This document shows positions 49,201-56,766 of a DNA stretch of 64,000 nt, in pieces (positions within the stretch are counted from its first letter, which is position 1; each line of letters begins with the position of its first letter). Under the pieces are notes generated by a model, which saw nothing but the letters and a program-made list of their open reading frames with translations, searched no databases and had not been told where the DNA came from. The position numbers and the translations under genes were made by a program. The stretch is from a virus, in IMG/VR virus record IMGVR_UViG_3300046657_000006, positions 8,866 to 72,865 of that record. One strand, given 5' to 3'.

Positions 49201-52200
49201 CATAGAGTTGGGCGCAAAAGAATCTCATTGTTTTGAGCCTGTAAAATCTATCTACGAAGAATGTTTGGAGATGACGAAGGGCTTTCCGCAGATTCACAGC
49301 CACAACCTTGCAGTGCTAGACGGAAGCGTAGACAGCGTGACAATGCACGAGGATAGTTGGTGTTCGCATATTTGGGGAGAAGAAGGAACGACCACGCCTT
49401 GCGTCTCGTTGGAGAACGCTGTAAACGCTGCATACGACGGGCACGACTTGGTGCTGAAGCTCGACTGCGAAGGTTCCGAGTATGAGATTCTACTTAACAC
49501 CCCAAAAGAAGTGTTACGCAAATTTTCCACTATCTACCTTGAAATCCATGAACTGCCTAACCCTCGGTATCGGGCACAAGGAAAGATGCTCTTAAGGCGC
49601 ATCGAGTCGCTGGGATTTAAGGCGATAGTTGGCCCACAGCCGGGAACGTGGTTTGACGATGGAAAGACGTTTATTCCTTCCCCAATTACCATGTACAAAT
49701 GCCTCCGTCAGCCAGTAGTCAATGTAATTATTTCTACCTATCAACGCCCTCGACTATTGAGAGAGGCGCTGGATTCGGTCTTAGCGCAGACTTACCGGAA
49801 CATCAACGTGCTTGTGGTGGCGGACGGTAAGGATGAGCAAGTCGAGCAGATTGTCAGCAAGTATCAGGGACACGATATTTCATTTAAGTATTACGACATC
49901 CCGCACGATGGAAATATCGGCAGCAGGGCAAAGATTCACGGCATAGAACAAGTTAAAGAAGGCTATGTATGTTTTCTTGATGACGACAATGTTCTACTGC
50001 CTGAGTACGCGGAAACGATGGTGAGCCTAATTACCCCTGAGAAGCAAGTAGGTATTGTTCAGGTTCTCAAGCATCGCACATTCCCTAACGGAGAGAAGGC
50101 GATCAAAACGATCCCGCCTGATGGAAGGTTCCCTGAATGGGAAAACATCGACACGCTAAACTTCCTAGTTGAGCATTCGATTGCAAAGAAGTGTAAAGAA
50201 TCATGGATGCAGCAGGACGGGATGGTCAATCAAGATTTCAAGTTCATTACTGAGTGCCTGAAGCATACGGGATATGGATTTGAGCCCAAGATTCTCGCTC
50301 ACCATCGAGAAGTCAAAGAGGACGACGCGCCTAAATCGAAAGTGTGGGATGTATTTCCGTTCTTCCAAGAATTTGACGTGTTGGAACTTCGTTTGAATGA
50401 GCTTGATTCCGTCGTGGATAAGTTTGTGATCGTGGAAGCGAACATGACGCACGCGGGGAATCCAAAGCCCTACTATCTAAGCGAGAACATGGAAAGGTTC
50501 GCCAAGTGGAAAGATAAGATCATTATTAAACAAGTTGACCTGACGACTCTTAATTTCTCGCTATTCGACTACGATCCCACTTGGGTAAGAGAGCACTATC
50601 AACGTGACGCGGCCAGAGAGGTTCTCTATGCTTATTGTGCCCCGCAGGACTTCATTATCGTCGGGGACGTGGACGAGATTCCCCGCGCCTCAAAGGTCAA
50701 AGAGTACATAGAAAGCAATCCTGACAAAGCGGGCGTGTTGGTACAAAGTCGGAGCATGTACTACTTGAACTACAGGTGCGTGAAGACTGATGAGCCGCAG
50801 TTAAACTCCAAGATTCTGCCTTACTTGATGATGGGTTCGTGTTCGCTAAACGATATTCGGTTTGCTGACAAAGAAAACTTATTGCCGACCATGCGGATAG
50901 AAGGCGCTGGATGGCACCTAACATTTTTGGGTGGTCTGGATGCGGTTACACAGAAAGTAAGAGCGTGGGCGCATCAGGAGATTGGCGAGGGACTAAGCGA
51001 TGAAAACATTGTTGCACGGGTAGACGCAGGCCAAGATATTTACGACTCAGCAAACTCTGAGTGGGAGCTTGTCGAAATAGACGAAACATTTCCTAAGTAC
51101 GTGCAGGAACATCAAAAATCGTTAATACATGATGGGCTTATCAAGCCCGTCATCGCCACTACGATAATTCCGTTCAAAAAACCTCGCTCACCGATTGGTA
51201 TTTTGAAGCCTACCGTGACCGCTTGCGTGAGCACTAAAGACAGATATTTTTCCACGCTGCCAATGTGCATTGCGGCGATTGCAAATCAAACTCGCAAGCC
51301 TGAGAAGTTGGTAATCTATGACGATGGTGAGCAGTTGGACTTACGCGAGCATGAGCCTTACGAGGCCATTTTTCGCATGTTGGAAGAACAAGGAATCAAG
51401 TGGGAAGTGGTCGCGACTCCGCGTAAAGGGCAAGTGACTAATCATCAACATTGCTTAGACATGGCAGATACTACGTTCGTCTGGAGAGTTGACGATGATT
51501 TAATTCCGTGTCCTGACAACCTTGAACGACTGCTCAATACTATCCGCGATTACAGTCCCTCTCGTGATTTCAGTGAACACTCGATTGGCGCGGTAGCAGG
51601 GCTGATTCATCACCCGCATAATGTAAGACCGTTGCCGGATTCAGTGACGGGGAAGCTCGCGGACGTGTCGCTAGGCTTAAATATGCAGTGGTTCGCTTTT
51701 TCCGGTTCTCCGCGAGTTGTGGAGCATTTATACAGTTCGTTTCTGTACAGAGTTTCAGCGGCCAGAGAAGCGGGTGGGTATCCAATTAACTTATCTGTTT
51801 GCGGGCATCGTGAGGAGAGCATATTTTCGCATCAGATACATCGTGCGGGCTACGTGCTGCTAATACAACCGGACGCCAAGTCCTATCACCTTCAAGCCGC
51901 GACCGGAGGCATCCGCGCTCACTCTGCACATCCTGAATATTGGGAGCATGATGAAGCTGTATTCCAAGAATACTTGAGAGTATGGGGAGTTGACTTGCGC
52001 GAGATGAAGTTAATTGCATTGGATTGCGGAATTGGCGACACGTTCGCATTCAAATCGATACTCCCCGAAATATATAAAACTTACCCCGATAAAAACCTTG
52101 TGCTCGCGGTGTGTTATGAAGAAGTGTTCAAGGATATTATTGGACTTCAGATGGTTTCCATAGCAGACGCAAAACTGTTGCTCGGCTCTCGTTTTGAAGA

Positions 52201-52285
52201 CCATTCTGTATACAAATGGATGGCTGAAAAGGGGTGGGCTGGCTCACTAACTGATGCTATGATGATGTGTTATGGAACAGCTTAA
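46208..52285 (+). CDS. giant multi-domain glycosyltransferase/methyltransferase
   Basis: Five GT2-like starts (FSIVIPT, YSIVVPT, YSIVIPT, VNVIIST, VTACVST) with LNDD/LNND/LDDD/VDDD; another GT-A-like domain; FkbM (IDIGGNKG, LKLDCEGSE); GT17-like (ELRLNEL, GDVDEIP, GWHL); GT9 N-lobe (GIGD). Confidence 0.9.
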   Translation: MDSQDITTSRFSIVIPTFSNVEGLRLLLASIVEYTNLQDVEIICVANGANEETRTICHEFPVLLTWLDEPCGYAAATNLGVKRASGEYVLLLNDDTQVLDSPKNQWLETLCTPFSDPKVALTGIHEIYSHEIRHNFPPFYCVMIRREMFEVIGYLDESFISFAEDCDFVARLIRAGYKYVNVDADAAYKGHQMVGTFPLYHVGSVTVHQNREAYEQQVQRNLTILRERYKKLRLLVAIPNYGTDNIEYLQQVVNELCSFKEYEVSIVIHSSVPMVFGHEQVTVQYHEAPPDGDWINLAWECRKTIYENRDAYDLFLYNENDQLVTERNIDAFLRVSEVLPEDKIAGFIRYEDHEGQRFYPDFHRKFVWDSSSVFHVGEYAFAHFTNLHQGSFLVTRKQLDRAIEIAGENAFYNMRGRVWSSPYDSLARVSTDLYDTGFEKVIPVSHFDDFLIHHLPDKYYGVYDTKCDDVVMPIINSMVKRPKYSIVVPTFRHLSDCLIPCCETLKKYTDLSNMECVIVANGCGDDGTREYVESLGEPFRLIWFDDAQGFTRATNAGIREARGQYLVMLNNDVYFTDQTVNGWLDKLQSLWDKAENPAVVGALVEDVFIGKKFVAFYLAMTSRKVLDKVGLLDESVFSSGGEDVDWCIRAQNLGYEIIGNQTVYDEHGEKRFAIDFPIHHLGEQTVLENPNFMEDWQKSNAILTERYGTRYSIVIPTFNHVDDLLRPCIESIIEHTDLSRVECLIVANGCTDQTREFVESLGHPFKLIWVDEKIGFTKATNLGMKAAEGKYIIFLNNDTILKGEWIPILEQAFIDRPDCGASGPLKFIGEEGTSNDFLMFFCCMISREAIDRCGYLDERFAPAGVEDVDYGIRLQLAGYKLIQVPEGEAIDRRTDLSSGSFPIVHMGNASYGKEEGWHDILKRNNELLKQKFPEYFSGMKWLETGTNWFELHRKMKEIDQQVYYELFEVDVYSVLKEEVAGKTIIDIGGNKGYFSIKCIELGAKESHCFEPVKSIYEECLEMTKGFPQIHSHNLAVLDGSVDSVTMHEDSWCSHIWGEEGTTTPCVSLENAVNAAYDGHDLVLKLDCEGSEYEILLNTPKEVLRKFSTIYLEIHELPNPRYRAQGKMLLRRIESLGFKAIVGPQPGTWFDDGKTFIPSPITMYKCLRQPVVNVIISTYQRPRLLREALDSVLAQTYRNINVLVVADGKDEQVEQIVSKYQGHDISFKYYDIPHDGNIGSRAKIHGIEQVKEGYVCFLDDDNVLLPEYAETMVSLITPEKQVGIVQVLKHRTFPNGEKAIKTIPPDGRFPEWENIDTLNFLVEHSIAKKCKESWMQQDGMVNQDFKFITECLKHTGYGFEPKILAHHREVKEDDAPKSKVWDVFPFFQEFDVLELRLNELDSVVDKFVIVEANMTHAGNPKPYYLSENMERFAKWKDKIIIKQVDLTTLNFSLFDYDPTWVREHYQRDAAREVLYAYCAPQDFIIVGDVDEIPRASKVKEYIESNPDKAGVLVQSRSMYYLNYRCVKTDEPQLNSKILPYLMMGSCSLNDIRFADKENLLPTMRIEGAGWHLTFLGGLDAVTQKVRAWAHQEIGEGLSDENIVARVDAGQDIYDSANSEWELVEIDETFPKYVQEHQKSLIHDGLIKPVIATTIIPFKKPRSPIGILKPTVTACVSTKDRYFSTLPMCIAAIANQTRKPEKLVIYDDGEQLDLREHEPYEAIFRMLEEQGIKWEVVATPRKGQVTNHQHCLDMADTTFVWRVDDDLIPCPDNLERLLNTIRDYSPSRDFSEHSIGAVAGLIHHPHNVRPLPDSVTGKLADVSLGLNMQWFAFSGSPRVVEHLYSSFLYRVSAAREAGGYPINLSVCGHREESIFSHQIHRAGYVLLIQPDAKSYHLQAATGGIRAHSAHPEYWEHDEAVFQEYLRVWGVDLREMKLIALDCGIGDTFAFKSILPEIYKTYPDKNLVLAVCYEEVFKDIIGLQMVSIADAKLLLGSRFEDHSVYKWMAEKGWAGSLTDAMMMCYGTA

Positions 52286-53135
52286 AACATCTGGCGTTTA
52301 TCTCATTTTGAACACTCTTAATAGTCGAATTTATATTGGGTCTGCGATAGACGTTCAAAAGCGTTGGAAAGAGCATCGAGGGACTTTACGAAAAGGGACG
52401 CATGTAAATCGCCACTTGCAGCGAGCGTTTTCTAAATATAGTGAGGCTGCTTTTGAGATATTAATGCTGGAATATACCCTTCCCCACAAAGATGCTTTAA
52501 TGATGAGAGAGCAACATTACTTAGACTGGCTACAGCCCTTCGGCTCTGACGGATACAACATTTGCAGAAAAGCTGGCTCTGTTTTAGGTGTAAAACGTTC
52601 TCTTAAGCACCGTGAGCAAATACGACAACGCATGATTGGAAACATCCCGTGGAACAAGGGCAAAAAACGTCCGCCTTTTTCAGATGAGTGGAGGCGTAAG
52701 ATGGGACGGCCCGGCGAGTCAAACCCGTTTTATGGGAAACAGCATTCTGTTAAGACGCGAACAATCCTTAGTGTTAAGGCTACCGAGCGGCTAAGTGACC
52801 CAACCAAGAATCCTATGTACGGGACTCACTTGCCAAGCGAAAAGAATGGAATGTTTGGAAAAACGCACCCCCCTGAAGTTCGAGAACGCATGGCGGTCAA
52901 CAAGGGCAAAAAATTCAGCCCCGAAGTGCGTGAAAAGATGCGTTTAGGGCAAAGGGATGGACACAAATCTTCTACTCCTGTAATCCAAATGGACATGCAG
53001 GGTAATGAATTAACGCGATATCCGTCTGCCCCTAAAGCAGCAATAGCGGTCGGCACGTCACTATCTAATCTACGGTGTTGCTTGTTAGGTAGAAGTTCTA
53101 CCGCCAAAGGCTATAAGTGGAGATATGCAGAATGA
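52272..53135 (+). mobile_element. GIY-YIG homing endonuclease with NUMOD3/NUMOD1 repeats
   Basis: SGVYLI...IYIGSA..V.KRW.EH; NPFYGKQHS; TAKGYKWRY. Confidence 0.9.
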
Positions 53136-53653
53136 TCTTGATCTCCCCCTACGCCGCCAAGTTAAGAGACAGGGAAGGCATCAACCCCAAAAACTATCCC
53201 CACTGGTTACAACTCGTTGCGCTCTTAAAGCACCGCCGCTACCAAACCACTCAGATAGGTGTCTCGGGCGAAGAACGCATAACGGGCGTGGATTACTTTG
53301 TTGTCGATAAGCCCTTGGCTGAAATCGCAAGAATGGCTAGCAACGCGGAACTCGTAATCTCCGTAGATAGCTTCTTGCCCCACTTGTGTCACGCAGAGAA
53401 AATCAAGACGCCTGTGATAACGATTTTTGGGCAAAGTGATCCTCTCGTTTTTGGCTATCCCGATCACGTCACACTACTCAAAGACCGCAAGTATCTTCGC
53501 GAGCTTCAGTTTCGACCGTGGGAAGAAGCGACTTATGATCCAGATGCGTTTGTGATGCCCGTGGAAGTCGTAAAAGTAGTAGACGAGTTATACCATTCCG
53601 GCAAGCTACTAAAATGCGTAAATGCAGGGTTCGCTTCATCTGCAAATGGCTAA
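53132..53653 (+). CDS. glycosyltransferase family 9, C-terminal lobe
   Basis: PKNYPHW...VISVDSFLPHL...TIFGQSDP. Confidence 0.8.
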   Translation: MILISPYAAKLRDREGINPKNYPHWLQLVALLKHRRYQTTQIGVSGEERITGVDYFVVDKPLAEIARMASNAELVISVDSFLPHLCHAEKIKTPVITIFGQSDPLVFGYPDHVTLLKDRKYLRELQFRPWEEATYDPDAFVMPVEVVKVVDELYHSGKLLKCVNAGFASSANG

Positions 53654-54140
53654 TACCCTCCGCGCCCTCAATCCCGCCACAGAGCAAGAGTTATTCTGCG
53701 AAGCGTTCAACTGGCGTACAAGCCCAAAGAAACACACCCGCGTAGACCGGATGCCTTTTGAGCAATTCTCTGCCGACTACTCAAATCAGGTGGTAATGGG
53801 GTTGTTCAATGGGGAACTTTGCGCGGTCTATATGTTCATTGAAGTTGCTCCGAAGGAATTTGAGGCGCATTTTAGCTCACGAAAAGACGCTTCTCATGCC
53901 GATGTATTTGCAGGAGCGAAGACAATGGTTGATTGGTTTCACTCTCAGGGAGCAGTGATAACGGCGTCAATTGTTGAACGAAACCGCCCTTTGAGAGCCT
54001 TTGTTGAGTCTCTTGGATTCGTGCTTGAAAAAACTGCTTGCCAAGAAGTTAAAGTAAAGGGTAAGGTAGAGTCCGTTAAATACTTGTCACGGATGGATTA
54101 CCACGATCAGCCTAACGGCACGCTACGTCAGTCGCCTTAA
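53646..54140 (+). CDS. GNAT-fold protein (P22 gp14-like position)
   Basis: ERNRPLRAFVESLGF motif; precedes a pilot-like gene. Confidence 0.65.
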   Translation: MANTLRALNPATEQELFCEAFNWRTSPKKHTRVDRMPFEQFSADYSNQVVMGLFNGELCAVYMFIEVAPKEFEAHFSSRKDASHADVFAGAKTMVDWFHSQGAVITASIVERNRPLRAFVESLGFVLEKTACQEVKVKGKVESVKYLSRMDYHDQPNGTLRQSP

Positions 54141-54191
54141 CCCCCACATTCAACGCGGGCAAAGATTCCTGTCTTTGGGAGGCCAAGTCTA

Positions 54192-54653
54192 ATGGGTCTC
54201 AGTGGAAGCTCGCAAAAGCAGAATACCAACAACGCGACGACCAGTACCTACGGTTATCAAACGCCGCCTTCTACTCCAGACATCGACAAATTACGCAACA
54301 CTCAATTTGAGGTTGATCCGGGCATAGCAGCCCAATATGGCCGTCAGCGTAATGACCTTCGATCCAGCTTCCAACAGCCCACAGGCGCGTTTTTAAGTCC
54401 ACAAGTAAGAGATGCCCAGCTTCGTTCAGGAATGGAACGCCTAGGCCGTGATGAAGCTCAAGCAAGTCGAGAGGGAACCTTTGATAAAAACAGGCTGGAG
54501 TACGGGCGCAATTCAGCAGTTGCAGGGTTAACCGCCCCCCAGCTAACCCAGACGGGTAGCACGAGTTCTGGATCGGGTACGATTACACAAAATCCAAGTC
54601 CTTTTTCAACCGCGCTTGGTGTGGGTTCTGCCCTCGCGCCTTTGTCTCTGTGA
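54192..54653 (+). CDS. putative DNA pilot / small ejection protein
   Basis: MGLSGSS N-terminus, S/T/Q-rich, G/A-rich hydrophobic C-terminus. Confidence 0.55.
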   Translation: MGLSGSSQKQNTNNATTSTYGYQTPPSTPDIDKLRNTQFEVDPGIAAQYGRQRNDLRSSFQQPTGAFLSPQVRDAQLRSGMERLGRDEAQASREGTFDKNRLEYGRNSAVAGLTAPQLTQTGSTSSGSGTITQNPSPFSTALGVGSALAPLSL

Positions 54654-54668
54654 TCAGGAGAAGCAGTT

Positions 54669-55211
54669 ATGCCTCTTAATTCGACCTATGTAAAAGATGT
54701 CGCGGTGACTAACGCGGATAAGACTATCACTGTCTCGGAAGACGTAATTACCTTCACGATAGCCAGCGGTCAGATAGCGACACTTCCTCCAGCGAAAGAC
54801 TGCATCAACACGCCTCAGACGGCAAAGATAATCATTAACGCGGGCGGATCAGGCGGTAATTTAACTATTGCGGCTCCGTCGGGTAACACACTGATTGGGC
54901 AGGATACATTGCTTCCCGGCGCGACGGCTTTAGTCAACGCGATGCGAGCGACGGTCTGGTCGTCAACGGGTGGATCGGGTGCTCAAGGTGCTTCAGGGTA
55001 CTCCGGTTATTCAGCTTACTCTGGCTTCAGCGGAGCGTCTGGATTTAGTGGGTTCAGTGGAATTTCCGGCAAGTCTGGATTCAGTGGTTACAGCGGAATT
55101 TCAGGATTCAGTGGATATTCGGGAATCAGCGGATTCTCGGGGTACTCGGGAATTTCAGGTTACTCAGGATATTCAGGAATTAGCGGCAAGAGCGGTTATT
55201 CAGGCTTCTAG
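54669..55211 (+). CDS. decoration/fibre protein with C-terminal (SGX)n tail
   Basis: Beta domain (ATLPPA), then ~75 residues of SG repeats to the stop; paralog of the next gene. Confidence 0.75.
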   Translation: MPLNSTYVKDVAVTNADKTITVSEDVITFTIASGQIATLPPAKDCINTPQTAKIIINAGGSGGNLTIAAPSGNTLIGQDTLLPGATALVNAMRATVWSSTGGSGAQGASGYSGYSAYSGFSGASGFSGFSGISGKSGFSGYSGISGFSGYSGISGFSGYSGISGYSGYSGISGKSGYSGF

Positions 55212-55241
55212 CCCAACAACGATTAACAAGGAGATTGGCAA

Positions 55242-55787
55242 ATGCCTCTCAATTCGCAATACACAAAGTACGAGGCCAAGACTGACAATTACACGATCCC
55301 CGTGACTACGGACGTGGTAACGTTCACAATTGCCTCAGCCAAGACTGCTACGCTACCAAAAGCGGGTCTGTGTCCACCAAACGCCGCACCTGCTTACAAT
55401 CAAAAGCAGATTATCTCCAGCGCTTCATCTGCCGACACGCTGACTATCGCAGTAGCGTCAGGTGATGTTTTGCTGGGGGTAGGTTCACTAGCAGCGGGGC
55501 AGAATACGATTGTCACGTCACAGGGAACTACCATCTGGACATCGCTAGGGGGTGGCGGACAAGCTGGAGTCAGCGGATTTAGCGGAGTCAGTGGTTTCTC
55601 TGGCTACTCTGGGGTTTCAGGATATTCGGGGTATTCCGGCGCTAGTGGATTTTCAGGATATTCTGGAGCGAGCGGCTATTCCGGCTATAGTGGAATTAGC
55701 GGGTATAGCGGCTATAGTGGCATCTCTGGAGCTTCAGGAAAATCCGGTTACTCGGGTATCAGTGGATTTTCGGGATATTCTGGCTAG
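55242..55787 (+). CDS. decoration/fibre protein with C-terminal (SGX)n tail
   Basis: MPLNS start shared with the previous gene; SG repeats to the stop. Confidence 0.75.
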   Translation: MPLNSQYTKYEAKTDNYTIPVTTDVVTFTIASAKTATLPKAGLCPPNAAPAYNQKQIISSASSADTLTIAVASGDVLLGVGSLAAGQNTIVTSQGTTIWTSLGGGGQAGVSGFSGVSGFSGYSGVSGYSGYSGASGFSGYSGASGYSGYSGISGYSGYSGISGASGKSGYSGISGFSGYSG

Positions 55788-55795
55788 ACAACTTC

Positions 55796-55840
55796 GCGGG
55801 GTGGTTTCAAACTGCCCCGCCACAATACTTCTCTGTTTTA
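55796..55840 (+). terminator. hairpin, possible terminator
   Basis: GCGGGGTGGTTT/AAACTGCCCCGC. Confidence 0.45.
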
Positions 55841-55853
55841 CGCGGAGGGCGAT

Positions 55854-56180
55854 ATGGCAATAGCGGCAGGCGTATTTGGAAGTTCGTTTGAAGCACAACT
55901 AAACATCACGGCGGCAAGAACCATCGCCGCAAGTGAGGCCTATCTCAATTTGGTTGTTGCGGTATCAGGGATGCCGGACACGCTTACGCTACCTGCGATT
56001 TCCGCAATGGTCGCGTCCCAAAATCTTTCCATTCAAATTAATAACAAATCTACGTCTGGAGGCACGTTGACCATTGCTTGCAACGCGGCGGATTCGATTG
56101 TCGGGCGCACCACTTTGACAGCAGGAACTGCGACAATTTTTCGGCATAATGGCCTTAATCAGTGGTTCCCGACAACTTGA
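55854..56180 (+). CDS. decoration-like beta protein without SG tail
   Basis: TLTLPA...GGTLTIA pattern shared with the two preceding genes. Confidence 0.65.
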   Translation: MAIAAGVFGSSFEAQLNITAARTIAASEAYLNLVVAVSGMPDTLTLPAISAMVASQNLSIQINNKSTSGGTLTIACNAADSIVGRTTLTAGTATIFRHNGLNQWFPTT

Positions 56181-56680
56181 TCCCGTGGTTTTAGTCTATG
56201 GGCAGCAAGATATGTGATAGCCGATTCAAGAAACACTTCGTTGTCTCTGAAAGCAGCGAGTCCCGTATTACATCGCTCGCAGATCAGCCCTCTAACGCAT
56301 TTACCACAACTTCCCTTGTCACAGCACGTGTGGTCATGATCAACCGCCAGTGTTTTTCCGTTTGGAAAACTCTTGCAAATAGCGCAGACCCATCCCTGTG
56401 CTTCCCACATGCGATCAAAATCTTCCAACGTCATGTGGTACCTAGACAAGCGGAGTTTCTGAAGTCTTGTGGGCTGGTCTTGCTTACGTCGCGCCTCCGA
56501 GCGTTGTCCGCTTTCTTTGCCGCGTGCCGTGCGACTATATCGAGCGTTGCGAGCGCGGTGGCAAGGCCTGCACGCATTACAAAGACCGTCCTTTTTAAGA
56601 CGGTTCCTACAGAAGTCGGTAACAGGCTTGGTTTGCCTGCACACTGGGCATCGTTTTTCGGGTATGATGATTTCAGCCAT
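56159..56680 (-). mobile_element. endonuclease VII-domain homing endonuclease, antisense
   Basis: CAIC...LAVDHDH.CC...CGKCVRGLICERCNTGL. Confidence 0.85.
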
Positions 56681-56764
56681 GAGCGAAGATTACTCCTTCG
56701 TGATTGGTTAGACCTATCCGAGTTTTGTTTCCACTTTTCTCGGATGGGTCGAACTATTTTAACA
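56661..56764. promoter_or_regulatory. convergent-promoter, two-hairpin antisense cassette
   Basis: Plus TATGAT and minus TGTTAAAAT; GATTAC-TCCTTC-GTGATT and GACCTATCCGAG/CTCGGATGGGTC. Confidence 0.6.
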
Positions 56765-56766
56765 TA

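Noticed and set aside
52272-53135. Group I intron around the GIY-YIG gene
   Set aside because: The ORF overlaps both neighbours and no intron core elements are visible
54970-55787. DNA tandem repeat or contingency locus
   Set aside because: Synonymous codons vary throughout, so the repeat is at protein level
56704-56766. Track start sites extending 56704, 59444, 45016 and 53117
   Set aside because: The extensions run through regulatory hairpins or upstream genes; downstream ATGs fit better
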